A model generated the notes under the pieces. It saw nothing but the letters and a program-made list of their open reading frames with translations. It was not told where the DNA came from and did no database searches. Below are positions 11,719 through 21,069 of a stretch of 64,000 nucleotides of DNA, in pieces. The DNA comes from Patescibacteria group bacterium. GTDB lineage: Bacteria > Patescibacteriota > Microgenomatia > UBA1400 > PJMF01. Every line of letters begins with the position of its first letter. Position 1 is the stretch's first letter. The stretch covers positions 208,814 through 272,813 of the forward strand of contig JBGTEY010000013.1 in NCBI GenBank assembly GCA_041747555.1. The letters run 5' to 3'. A program made the translations under genes and the position numbers.

Positions 11719-13827
11719 GTGAGAGGTATTTCTATGTCAAGAATCGACGAAACAATTCAAGCAAAAAAAGAAAAAAGAGCGCAGCTCGAGCGCGCGGGCA
11801 TTGATGCCCATCCGCATTCGTTTGATAAACAAATTAAAATTGTGGATGTTAAAAACCACCACGACACCGTTGTTCAGACTGCTGGTAGAATTATCAGACT
11901 CAGAACACACGGTAAAGTTCAATTCTTCGACCTGGTAGACGATAGTGATCGTGTGCAAATTATGGTCCGTGAGGAAGAGGTTGGGTCAGAAACATGGGAA
12001 TGGCTATCATTTGTAGACCGAGGTGATTTCATTGGTGTATCAGGCACTGTCATGACCACCAAAACTGGCCAGCTAACAATTCTAGCATCCACAATTACAT
12101 TCTTGGGTAAAGCACTCCGCCCACTTCCCACAGAGTTCAACGCCGCAGAAGACAAAGAAGTTCGATTTCGCAAACGTTATGTAGATATGCTCATCAACGA
12201 AAACACCAAACGCGTTCTCGATGCCCGCTGGCTAATCACCAAAGAAATTCGAAGGTTTTTGCAGGATGAACATAATTTTACTGAAGTCGAAACGCCAATT
12301 CTGCAACCGCTCTATGGTGGTACCAACGCCACTCCCTTTACTACTCACATGGCAGCTCTTGATACAAACTATTACCTCAGAATCGCCCCAGAACTCTATC
12401 TCAAAAGATTAATTGTAGGTGGATACGACAAGGTTTTTGAAATTGCCAGAAATTTCAGAAATGAAGGCATTGACCAAACTCACCAACCAGAATTTACCAT
12501 GATCGAATGGTATGAAGCGTACGCAGACTATCATCGAATGATGGACGTCACTGAAGGTCTCTACAAACATTTGGCACAAAAATTGCACGGCCATACCAAA
12601 ATTAACATCGGTGACAAGACCGTCGATCTCGGTGGGTCATGGCCAAGAATTCCAATGGACGAAGCGCTTAACACATACGCCAAAATCAATGTTGCAAAAA
12701 TCTCAGACGATGAACTGCGAGCACTCCTCACCAAGCATGAAGTCAATCTCAAAAGTTCATTCACTCGAGGAAAAGCTATTTTTGAATTATTTGATGCACT
12801 CGTCACTCCACACCTCATCGAACCAACATGGATTATCAATTATCCGCGCGACATTAGCCCACTTGCCAAACACCACCGAGATGATGCAGCATTAGCAGAA
12901 CGATTCGAAGGCTACGTCGGTGGCAAAGAAATCGCCGACGGCTGGAGCGAGATTACCGATCCAATTGATCAACGACGGATTTTTGATGTTGAACAATCAA
13001 ATATGAGATCGGGTGATGACGAGGCACATCCTCTTGATGAAGATTTTCTCGAAGCTATGGAGTATGGCATGCCACCACTTGGTGGAATTGGGATTGGAAT
13101 TGATCGATTAGTGATGTTTTTAACAAATACCTGGAGTATTAAAGAAGTAATTGCGTTCCCAACACTCAAGCCATTACCAACTCAGCAAGGTGCTCCTGCA
13201 CCAGAAACTTCAAAAGCAGTTTCTGGTGGCAAATCAGCCAAAATAGAGGAGGGCGCAAAAGATGACAACCTCCACGCTGAGCTCGGCACAAAAGACGACA
13301 CACCACTACCTCCTAGAGAAGATGCAGAAAAGTTGCTCAATAAATATATTGAAAACGACAATCTTCGCCACCATTGTAAAATGGTTGCTCAAGCACTCGA
13401 AGCATACGCCAAGGAACTCGGCGCAGATGCAGAACTCTGGTACCAAACGGGATTACTACACGATCTTGACTGGGAACAGTACCCAGATGAGCACCCAAAT
13501 AAAGCCATTAAAGATATTTTAACTGAATATCCAGCCTCAATGCTCCAAGCAATCGCCGCACACGCCCCAGAGAGAACAGGGGTCAAACCAAGCGCCACCC
13601 TAGACCGATATCTCTACGCTTGTGACGAGTTGTCCGGCTTCTTGCACGCCTACTCGCTGATGAGACCCGAAGGATTTGCCGGCATGAAATTTAAATCAGT
13701 TAATAAAAAACTAAAGGATAAAGCTTTTGCTGCAAACGTAAATCGAGATGATATCAGAGAAGGTTTTGCGCTGATTGGCAAAGAGCCGAATGAGCATGTG
13801 GAGTTTTTGATTGGGGTGTTTGAGTAA
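11719..13827 (+). CDS. lysS: lysyl-tRNA synthetase (class II) fused to a C-terminal YqeK-like HD-domain phosphohydrolase
   Basis: Residues 1 to about 495 are canonical LysRS: OB anticodon-binding domain and class II motifs up to ..EVIAFPTLKPL. After a linker, residues about 540-702 (LRHHCKMVAQALEAYAKELGADAELWYQTGLLHDLD..AAHAPERTG..) carry the H..H / HD / HAP signature of HD hydrolases, closest by eye to YqeK (Ap4A hydrolase). Confidence 0.85.
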   Translation: MRGISMSRIDETIQAKKEKRAQLERAGIDAHPHSFDKQIKIVDVKNHHDTVVQTAGRIIRLRTHGKVQFFDLVDDSDRVQIMVREEEVGSETWEWLSFVDRGDFIGVSGTVMTTKTGQLTILASTITFLGKALRPLPTEFNAAEDKEVRFRKRYVDMLINENTKRVLDARWLITKEIRRFLQDEHNFTEVETPILQPLYGGTNATPFTTHMAALDTNYYLRIAPELYLKRLIVGGYDKVFEIARNFRNEGIDQTHQPEFTMIEWYEAYADYHRMMDVTEGLYKHLAQKLHGHTKINIGDKTVDLGGSWPRIPMDEALNTYAKINVAKISDDELRALLTKHEVNLKSSFTRGKAIFELFDALVTPHLIEPTWIINYPRDISPLAKHHRDDAALAERFEGYVGGKEIADGWSEITDPIDQRRIFDVEQSNMRSGDDEAHPLDEDFLEAMEYGMPPLGGIGIGIDRLVMFLTNTWSIKEVIAFPTLKPLPTQQGAPAPETSKAVSGGKSAKIEEGAKDDNLHAELGTKDDTPLPPREDAEKLLNKYIENDNLRHHCKMVAQALEAYAKELGADAELWYQTGLLHDLDWEQYPDEHPNKAIKDILTEYPASMLQAIAAHAPERTGVKPSATLDRYLYACDELSGFLHAYSLMRPEGFAGMKFKSVNKKLKDKAFAANVNRDDIREGFALIGKEPNEHVEFLIGVFE

Positions 13828-13877
13828 GTGAGTACATGTTAGAGTAAGACAGTAGTAAGTGTTCAGGAATTCACCAT

Positions 13878-14213
13878 ATGCAAGAAACGATCGTTGAGAC
13901 AAGCGAACAGGAGGCAAGTGCAGGTAAATTAGCAGTTGCACAAGAATCTGAAGAGTCTGTACGCAGTAAGGATGAAAAATTGACGTATGCAAATAATGCA
14001 ATTACTACAATTACGCAACGAATCACCCATATTTCGACAGTACATAATGTAGATAATTATCCCGATATTGATGATGAAATTTCAACCTGGGAACTGCAGC
14101 TCGCTGAATTCATAGCTGCGCATCCTACAGAAAGTTTGACTGCGAACAATTTCGCCACCAAACTATCAGAGCTTAAAGTTGCAGTTTCACAAAATCGCCC
14201 TCAGTCATCATAG
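13878..14213 (+). CDS. hypothetical protein
   Basis: 111 aa ORF with no recognisable motifs. Its sequence looks plausible for a coding region. Confidence 0.3.
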   Translation: MQETIVETSEQEASAGKLAVAQESEESVRSKDEKLTYANNAITTITQRITHISTVHNVDNYPDIDDEISTWELQLAEFIAAHPTESLTANNFATKLSELKVAVSQNRPQSS

Positions 14214-14224
14214 ATCTCTTCGGC

Positions 14225-14535
14225 ATGCTATACTATCTACAAGCTAACAACAGCACTCGAGATAGCTAGCACCTATCAAAGATCGCGCCTCTGCAACTCG
14301 CAGAAAAGTATCTGTGCTACTTGGAGTCAAAAACCAAGTCGGGTAAGCCCGTAATCGCTGGAACGAAGCCCTGATCTTTCAGGAAAAGAGGTGGTACCGC
14401 TCACATTTGTAGAGCCCTCTTGAGTACGTCAATCTTTTGGCGAATTCAAGAGGGTTTTTCACGTGGAACTTTTTTGAGTACATTTTGACGTCTAGTATTT
14501 TTATAAACATTTCACGTGGAAACAAAAAGGAACAT
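14225..14535 (+). promoter_or_regulatory. T-box-like riboswitch leader of serS (promoter, stem I region, T-box sequence, terminator/antiterminator)
   Basis: AAAAGAGGTGGTACCGCTCAC (about 14380-14403) matches the T-box consensus AAnnnGGGTGGnACCGCG with a perfect GGTGGTACCGC core. An intrinsic terminator follows immediately. The about 300-nt untranslated leader lies directly upstream of an aminoacyl-tRNA synthetase gene. TATACT at about 14229 is a possible -10. Confidence 0.5.
14415..14459 (+). terminator. intrinsic terminator hairpin of the T-box leader (CCCTCTTGA..TCAAGAGGG + TTTTT)
   Basis: A 9-bp perfect stem at 14415-14423 / 14446-14454 is followed by a TTTTT tract. It lies 3' of the T-box sequence, as in T-box attenuators. 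Confidence 0.5.
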
Positions 14536-15813
14536 ATGTTAGATATACAATTTATTCGTGAAAATGCAGAAGACGTACGAACCGCATGTAAAAACAAGCA
14601 ACTTGACCCAAAGGTTGTAGACGACCTTTTAGCGGTTGATAAGAAACGTCGAGAAGTTCAGGTCATGGTCGACGCCATCAGACAACGAAGCAATGAGCAC
14701 AACGTGACGGTAAAAAAGTCAGTCAGTGACGGTAAAAAGCCAACTGCTGAACAAATTGAATCCGGTAAAAATCTCAAAGAAGAACTCCGAGCTATTGAAC
14801 CAGAATTAAAAATTCTAGAAGAAGAGTATCAAAAACTGCTACTTGAGGTTCCAAACGTTCCCGCTGACAGCGTGCCAATTGGTGCCGATGAGTCTGGCAA
14901 CAAGATCATTAAAACAAATGGTACTCCTCAAACATTCGACTTCGAGCCACTCCCTCATGACACACTTATGGAAAAACTAGATCTGCTCGATGCTGCACGA
15001 GCTGTGAGAATTGGCGGGTTCCGTTCGTATTTCCTCAAACATGAGGCCGTCCTCCTGGAACAAGCAATTCTTCAGTATGCCATGCAAAAAATGGTCAAAA
15101 ATGGCTTCACCCCTATGACAGCGCCGATTTTAATTAATGATGAAGCAATGTGGGGAACTGGCTACTTCCCATGGGGAAAAGAGGATCATTACCGAACACA
15201 AGACAATCAAAGCTTGGCGGGCACTTCAGAAGTCGCCCTAACTGCTTACCACATGGGTGAAACGCTCACAGAAGCCGATCTACCAATCAAAATGGCAGGT
15301 ATTTCACCGTGTTTTAGAAGAGAAGTTGGGTCGTACGGCAAAGATACCAAAGGCGTCATTAGGGTGCATCAATTTATGAAAGTTGAGCAAGTCGTCTACA
15401 CCGTTGCCGATGAGGCAGAAACCCAAGCCTGGCATGAAAAAATGCTTGGTCTTGCAGAAGAACTGTTGCAAGATCTTGAGCTACCATACCAAGTCCTCCT
15501 GATGTGCACAGGAGACATGGGTGCGGGTCAACGAAAGAAATACGACGTGGAAACATGGTTTCCGTCTCAGAACGCGTATCGTGAAACACACTCGGCAAGT
15601 TATTTTAATGACTTCCAGTCGAGAAGACTCGGCATTAAGTACAAAGCTAAGGATGGCACGCTCAAACATGTTTTCACGCTTAATAACACCATGGCAGCTA
15701 CACCACGCCTGCTAGCCGCAGTTATAGAAAATTATCAAACCAAAGAGGGTGGTATTGCTGTACCCAAGGTTTTGCAGCCGCTCATGGGCATGCAGCATAT
15801 ATCGAGAGAATAG
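14536..15813 (+). CDS. serS: seryl-tRNA synthetase
   Basis: N-terminus MLDIQFIRENAEDV, then a coiled-coil arm, then class II core (FRREVGSYGKDTKGVIRVHQF, GAGQRKKYDVETWFPS). An AAGGA ribosome-binding site sits 6 nt before ATG 14536. The ORF-track TTG start at 14437 would run through the terminator and is rejected. Confidence 0.9.
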   Translation: MLDIQFIRENAEDVRTACKNKQLDPKVVDDLLAVDKKRREVQVMVDAIRQRSNEHNVTVKKSVSDGKKPTAEQIESGKNLKEELRAIEPELKILEEEYQKLLLEVPNVPADSVPIGADESGNKIIKTNGTPQTFDFEPLPHDTLMEKLDLLDAARAVRIGGFRSYFLKHEAVLLEQAILQYAMQKMVKNGFTPMTAPILINDEAMWGTGYFPWGKEDHYRTQDNQSLAGTSEVALTAYHMGETLTEADLPIKMAGISPCFRREVGSYGKDTKGVIRVHQFMKVEQVVYTVADEAETQAWHEKMLGLAEELLQDLELPYQVLLMCTGDMGAGQRKKYDVETWFPSQNAYRETHSASYFNDFQSRRLGIKYKAKDGTLKHVFTLNNTMAATPRLLAAVIENYQTKEGGIAVPKVLQPLMGMQHISRE

Positions 15814-15838
15814 ACGAAATCAGTAGTAATTTTTCGCT

Positions 15839-15867
15839 TTGCTAAAATAATCAAACTGGCTTACAAT
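15839..15867 (+). promoter_or_regulatory. promoter candidate for secA (TTGCTA-17 nt-TACAAT), ATG 8 nt downstream (possible leaderless mRNA)
   Basis: Hexamers and spacing read directly from the sequence. No Shine-Dalgarno is possible in the 8-nt gap. Confidence 0.35.
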
Positions 15868-15875
15868 GTGCACTC

Positions 15876-18854
15876 ATGCTAAAGTTCATCACCGACCTCT
15901 TTGACGAAAATAAGAAGATGCTCAATCGCTATCAAAAGATAGTTGATGAGATTAATGAGCTCGAGCCAACGCTCCGCGACTTGACTGACACACAGCTCGC
16001 AGCGCAGACCAAAAAATTCAAAGAGATAATCGAGAAACAACAAAATAAAGGCGTCTCTGACGCCGATATTCTCAATCAACTTTTACCAGAAGCATTCGCT
16101 ACTGTTCGCGAAACCTCTCGTCGCGTGATTGGCATGCGGCATTTTGACACGCAGATTTTGGCAGGTATTTCACTTCACCACGGCGTTATTACTGAGCAAA
16201 AAACTGGAGAAGGAAAAACCCTCACCGTTACGCTCCCACTCTATCTCAATGCACTTCTCGGAAAAGGTGTGCACTTGGTTACCGTCAACGACTACCTGGC
16301 AGAATTAGGTATTGGTTGGATGGGTCCGATTTATACGTTCTTGGGGTTAACAAGCTCTGTGATCGTCCACGATGTGTCCTACAAATATAATCCTGACATC
16401 GACAGCGAAGACCGCGGTGACGAACGCCTCGAGCATTTTGAAAAAATTTCTCGTCGTGAGGCGTATCACACTGATATCACGTATGGTACTAACAATGAAT
16501 TTGGGTTTGATTACTTGAGAGACAACATGGTTCGGTCGGCTACCCAGATGGTGCAGCGATTGAAACACGGGCATCACTTTGCAATTGTTGACGAAGCTGA
16601 CTCTATTTTAATTGATGAGGCACGCACGCCGCTTATTATCTCAATGCCCGATGCCGAGCCGACCAAGCAATATTACGACTACGCCAAGATGGTGACCAGT
16701 CTTTCTAAAGACGTTGACTACACTGTGGATGAGAAGGCTCGTGCAGTATCATTGACCGATCTAGGTGTAAAAAGAGTAGAGCAAAAGCTTGGAGTTAAAA
16801 ATCTTTACGAAGAAGACTACGACACCATCCACCATATAGAAGCAGCGCTCAAAGCAAAAACTATTTTCACTCGTGATAAAGATTATATTGTACGCGAGGG
16901 TGAAGTCGTGATCGTTGATGAGCACACGGGTCGCCTGATGTACGGCAGACGATACTCAAATGGCTTACATCAAGCGATCGAAGCCAAAGAAAATGTAGAT
17001 ATTCAACAAGAATCAAGAACACTTGCCACAATTTCTATACAAAATTACTTCAGACTCTACAAAAAACTCAGTGGTATGACCGGTACCGCCGCCACCGAAG
17101 CAGAAGAATTTTCAAAAATTTACAACATTCCGGTGCTTATCATTCCCACTAATAAACCTGTGGTTAGAAATGACAAGGCAGACGTTGTTTACAAAACTGC
17201 CGCCGCCAAATACAGTGCTATCGCCAGAATGGTCGAAGATATTCATGAATCTGGCAGGCCAATCCTCATTGGAACACGATCAATTGAAATCAACCAAGTA
17301 ATTTCAAATTTCCTCAAGAGAAAAGGTGTGCCACACCAAGTTCTCAACGCCAAAAACCACGAAAAAGAAGCCTTTATCATTGCCGATGCAGGTAAAAAAG
17401 GTGCAATCACCGTTGCAACCAATATTGCGGGACGTGGAGTCGACATCGTCCTCGGTGGTTCTAAACCAGAACTCAAAGACTATCTCAAAGCCAAAAGAAG
17501 CAAAGAAAAACCAACGCCAACCGAACGAAAAGCAATTCAAGAAAAATACGGCATCCAACTACCACCGCTCGTCAATCCAAATAACTACAAACTATCTGAA
17601 TACGCCAAGGCATTGGATGATTGGAAAGAAGCCCACGATGAAGTAATTTCAGCTGGTGGACTCCTCATCATCGGCACCGAGCGCCATGAATCTCGTCGTA
17701 TTGATAACCAGCTCCGTGGTCGTGCTGGACGTCAGGGAGACCCCGGTAGTTCACAATTCTTCGTTTCACTCGAAGATGAAATCATGCGAATTTTTGGTGG
17801 CGAGCAAATTTCGAAAATCATGGATGTACTCAAGATCGAAGAAGATCAACCGATTGAGCACGGAATGGTTAGCAAAGCACTTGAATCTGCTCAGGTCAAA
17901 GTTGAGGGCTTCTTCTTTGATCAAAGAAAACGACTTGTCGAATTTGATGACGTTATGAACAAGCAACGCGAAATTATTTACGCGCGTCGCTTACGACTGC
18001 TTCTCCAGGCAGAAGCCGGTCAAGATGGTGACCCAGAAATCGCAGCAGCTGCAGAAGATATCCTCGATGAATCGGACGAAACCCTCACCGAGCAAATTCT
18101 CGACTACATCAGAGATGAAATTGCCTCAATCGTCACGGTCAACACGCCCAAAAATTTCACAGAGGGCGAATACGCAGCACTCGTGAAGGAATTCAGTACG
18201 CTCATACCATTTGATCATGCATCACAAGATCAACTGATTAAAAACATTTCTGACAAAACCGACCCCACCGAACTCACAGACTTCCTCACCCAACTCGCAG
18301 AGGACACCTACGCCGCGAGAGAAGAAAAAATCGGTGAAAAATCGCTCCGTCAACTCGAGAGAATGGTCACACTTTCAACAATTGATGAGAAGTGGATGGA
18401 TCATCTTGACTCAATCGAGTCGCTCAGACAAGGTATTTGGCTGCGTGGTGATAAACGAACCGTGCTTTCTGAATACAAAAAAGAAGGTTTCGCCATGTTT
18501 GATAGCTTGATCGCGTCAATTGAATCAACGATTGCCAGCCGAATGTATCGAGCGCACGTCACCCAAACCAACACATCTGCACCAAACATGGACAAGGTAG
18601 TAGAGCAAGGACCTTCACTCCAAACAACCAGCATCGCAAGCGCAGTCAGACAAGAACAAGCACCAGCAGCACCTCAGTCGCAAAGCGGATCAGTGAGCGA
18701 CATGGCAGCTGCATTTGGTTCTGCCAAAGCACAATCAAAACCAAAACCCGGTGTTGCCAAGGCTAAAATTGGTCGCAACGACCCTTGTCCTTGTGGTAGC
18801 GGGCTCAAGTTCAAAAAATGCGGGCTCATAAACTCACCGAAGCACCGCAGCTAG
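15876..18854 (+). CDS. secA: preprotein translocase ATPase SecA
   Basis: 992 aa. DEAD-like motor motifs (GEGKTL, VDEADSILIDEARTPLIIS, TNIAGRGVDI). C-terminal zinc-binding tail CPCGSGLKFKKCG. Confidence 0.95.
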   Translation: MLKFITDLFDENKKMLNRYQKIVDEINELEPTLRDLTDTQLAAQTKKFKEIIEKQQNKGVSDADILNQLLPEAFATVRETSRRVIGMRHFDTQILAGISLHHGVITEQKTGEGKTLTVTLPLYLNALLGKGVHLVTVNDYLAELGIGWMGPIYTFLGLTSSVIVHDVSYKYNPDIDSEDRGDERLEHFEKISRREAYHTDITYGTNNEFGFDYLRDNMVRSATQMVQRLKHGHHFAIVDEADSILIDEARTPLIISMPDAEPTKQYYDYAKMVTSLSKDVDYTVDEKARAVSLTDLGVKRVEQKLGVKNLYEEDYDTIHHIEAALKAKTIFTRDKDYIVREGEVVIVDEHTGRLMYGRRYSNGLHQAIEAKENVDIQQESRTLATISIQNYFRLYKKLSGMTGTAATEAEEFSKIYNIPVLIIPTNKPVVRNDKADVVYKTAAAKYSAIARMVEDIHESGRPILIGTRSIEINQVISNFLKRKGVPHQVLNAKNHEKEAFIIADAGKKGAITVATNIAGRGVDIVLGGSKPELKDYLKAKRSKEKPTPTERKAIQEKYGIQLPPLVNPNNYKLSEYAKALDDWKEAHDEVISAGGLLIIGTERHESRRIDNQLRGRAGRQGDPGSSQFFVSLEDEIMRIFGGEQISKIMDVLKIEEDQPIEHGMVSKALESAQVKVEGFFFDQRKRLVEFDDVMNKQREIIYARRLRLLLQAEAGQDGDPEIAAAAEDILDESDETLTEQILDYIRDEIASIVTVNTPKNFTEGEYAALVKEFSTLIPFDHASQDQLIKNISDKTDPTELTDFLTQLAEDTYAAREEKIGEKSLRQLERMVTLSTIDEKWMDHLDSIESLRQGIWLRGDKRTVLSEYKKEGFAMFDSLIASIESTIASRMYRAHVTQTNTSAPNMDKVVEQGPSLQTTSIASAVRQEQAPAAPQSQSGSVSDMAAAFGSAKAQSKPKPGVAKAKIGRNDPCPCGSGLKFKKCGLINSPKHRS

Positions 18855-18899
18855 GTTGCGCCATTCTCATCTCAATGTGTAATGTGATAGGCTACTACT

Positions 18900-19802
18900 A
18901 TGAAACTCATTTCTGGCTCATCTAACACCCCTTTTTCAGAAAAATTAGCATCAGCGCTTGATGTATCGATCGCGAATGTTGAGATATCCGCCTTCGCAAA
19001 TGGGGAAAAACGTGTTTGGGTTCAAGAATCCGTCCAGGGTGAAAATTGCGTATTGGTCCAGTCCTTTTACAAACATCCAGACGAATACATTATGGAATTT
19101 CTCCTGCTCGCGGACGCACTCGAAAGAATGGGTGCCCGACACGTGAACGCAGTCATTCCCTGGCTCGGGTACTCGCTCCAGGATAAGGTATTTCGAGAGG
19201 GTGAACCAATTGCAGCAAAAGTTGTAGCCCAGCTTGCGTCAAATGCATATATTAAGCGCGTATATCTTCTCGATGTCCACAACAGCAGCCTGCCTGGATT
19301 TTTTTCAATCCCAACGGTACACATCTCTGCTCTCGAACTATTTGCTACGTACATTAAAAAGACCTACGACACAGCAAACTGTATGGTCGCCAGTCCTGAT
19401 TTTGGTGGCATGAAGCGGGCGCGCGTCTTGGCAAACACGCTTGAATACGAACTCGTCAATATAGATAAACACCGCGACCTCAATACTGGTGAAGTAACAG
19501 CTATGGATCTCTCGGGAGACGACGTCACCGGCAAAACAATTGTCATTTTTGATGACTGCATTCTCTCTGGAGGCACCGTTCTTGAAGCCTCAAAATTACT
19601 CAAGAGCAGGGGAGCTGCTGAGGTACATTTCTTGGCAACACATGGTGTGTTTACTCCTGGTGCTATTGAAAAATTGGCAGAAAGCGACGACGTGAATAGT
19701 ATTGTTATCACCAACAGCATTCATCATCCAGATTTACCAGAAAAATTTACGGTGCTTGATGTTTCACCACTGTTTGCAGATAAAATTTCAGCATGGAAAT
19801 AA
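18900..19802 (+). CDS. prs: ribose-phosphate pyrophosphokinase (PRPP synthetase)
   Basis: 300 aa. PRPP-binding loop FDDCILSGGTVLEA and the overall Prs architecture. Confidence 0.9.
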   Translation: MKLISGSSNTPFSEKLASALDVSIANVEISAFANGEKRVWVQESVQGENCVLVQSFYKHPDEYIMEFLLLADALERMGARHVNAVIPWLGYSLQDKVFREGEPIAAKVVAQLASNAYIKRVYLLDVHNSSLPGFFSIPTVHISALELFATYIKKTYDTANCMVASPDFGGMKRARVLANTLEYELVNIDKHRDLNTGEVTAMDLSGDDVTGKTIVIFDDCILSGGTVLEASKLLKSRGAAEVHFLATHGVFTPGAIEKLAESDDVNSIVITNSIHHPDLPEKFTVLDVSPLFADKISAWK

Positions 19803-19830
19803 ACTCACTCGAGTCTGATACAATAACGCA

Positions 19831-21057
19831 ATGAGATTTTCAACACTCCCCATCCGATTACTTCCAGAAGCCCCCAAAGACGCAGATACCGTTAATCATC
19901 AGCTCCTCGTCCAAGCCGGGTTTGTCCGTCAATTAATGGCAGGCGTGTACACCTATCTGCCTTTTGGCCTGAAAGTACTAAATTCAATTCAACAGATTGT
20001 TCGAGAAGAAATGGATGGCATCGGTGGCCACGAAATTCACATGCCCGCGCTCCATCCTGCAGAACCCTGGAAAAAAACTGGTGGTTGGGATGCAGTGGAT
20101 GTCCTTTTCAAGCTCGAAAGTCGTACTGGAAAAGAGCATGCACTTGGCCAAAGTCATGAAGAAGTTGTAAGCCCTCTCATGGGGGAATTTATTCAAAGTT
20201 ACAAAGATTTGCCCGTTGCCGTGTATCAAATGCAATGGAAATTCAGAGATGAACTGCGCTCTAAATCAGGAATTTTGCGTGGACGTGAATTCTTGATGAA
20301 AGACATGTATAGTTTTCACGAGAGTCAGGCGGATTTTGATCGATTTTATGAAGACGTTAAGAATGCGTACTTGCGCGTTTTTGACCGATTGGGACTCGTT
20401 GCTAAAGTGACCGAAGCTTCGGGTGGCAATTTTACTGATAAAATTTCATATGAATTTATGGTTTTAACTGACGCTGGGGAAGACGATATTTTATACTGCC
20501 CAAACTGTGAGTTTTGCGTAAATACAGAAATTGCCAAGGTTGCAGAAGGTGACAAATGTCCAAAATGCAGCGATGCATCGCTTAAAATGGCACGAGCTGC
20601 AGAAGTTGGCAACGTCTTTGATTTAGGTAAAAAATTTACTGAGGTTTTTAATATCAACTTCTCAAATGCAAGTGGCGAACAAGCAAAACCAATAATGGGC
20701 TGCTATGGAATTGGCATTTCAAGAACCATGGGAGTGATTGTCGAACGTCATAATGACGACCGGGGCATTATCTGGCCAACATCGGTTGCACCATTTCAGG
20801 TGCATTTGATCACTATTGGAGTTGAAGAAGCAGTAGGCAAAGCAGCATATGAAACGCTACAAAAAGCCGGCATCTCAGTCCTTTGGGATGACCGCGACAA
20901 GAGCCCTGGCACAAAATTTGCGGAGGCAGATCTAATCGGATGTCCACACCGCCTGGTACTTTCTAAAAAAACCGCAGGTCAGGTTGAATGGAAAAAACGC
21001 ACTGAATCAGAACCATCTCTTGTATCGCTCGAAGACTGCATTCAAGAACTCACCTAA
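19831..21057 (+). CDS. proS: prolyl-tRNA synthetase, short bacterial type lacking the INS editing domain (replaced by a 4-Cys zinc ribbon)
   Basis: AGFVRQLMAGVYTYLPFGLKVLNSIQQIVREEM and REFLMKDMYSFH are ProRS motifs 1-2. CPNCEFC..CPKC occupies the INS position. The C-terminal anticodon-binding domain is present. Only 408 aa. Confidence 0.85.
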   Translation: MRFSTLPIRLLPEAPKDADTVNHQLLVQAGFVRQLMAGVYTYLPFGLKVLNSIQQIVREEMDGIGGHEIHMPALHPAEPWKKTGGWDAVDVLFKLESRTGKEHALGQSHEEVVSPLMGEFIQSYKDLPVAVYQMQWKFRDELRSKSGILRGREFLMKDMYSFHESQADFDRFYEDVKNAYLRVFDRLGLVAKVTEASGGNFTDKISYEFMVLTDAGEDDILYCPNCEFCVNTEIAKVAEGDKCPKCSDASLKMARAAEVGNVFDLGKKFTEVFNINFSNASGEQAKPIMGCYGIGISRTMGVIVERHNDDRGIIWPTSVAPFQVHLITIGVEEAVGKAAYETLQKAGISVLWDDRDKSPGTKFAEADLIGCPHRLVLSKKTAGQVEWKKRTESEPSLVSLEDCIQELT

Positions 21058-21069
21058 TTCATACACCTC

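Noticed and set aside
14437-14535. ORF-track start of serS at TTG 14437 (MANSRGFFTWNFF..)
   Set aside because: That extension is translated straight through the T-box terminator hairpin and T-tract. Homology to SerS begins at MLDIQFIRENAEDV (ATG 14536), which has an AAGGA ribosome-binding site.
17243-17966. Multiple small ORFs (both strands) inside secA
   Set aside because: They are alternative-frame and antisense ORFs within a 992-aa highly conserved gene.
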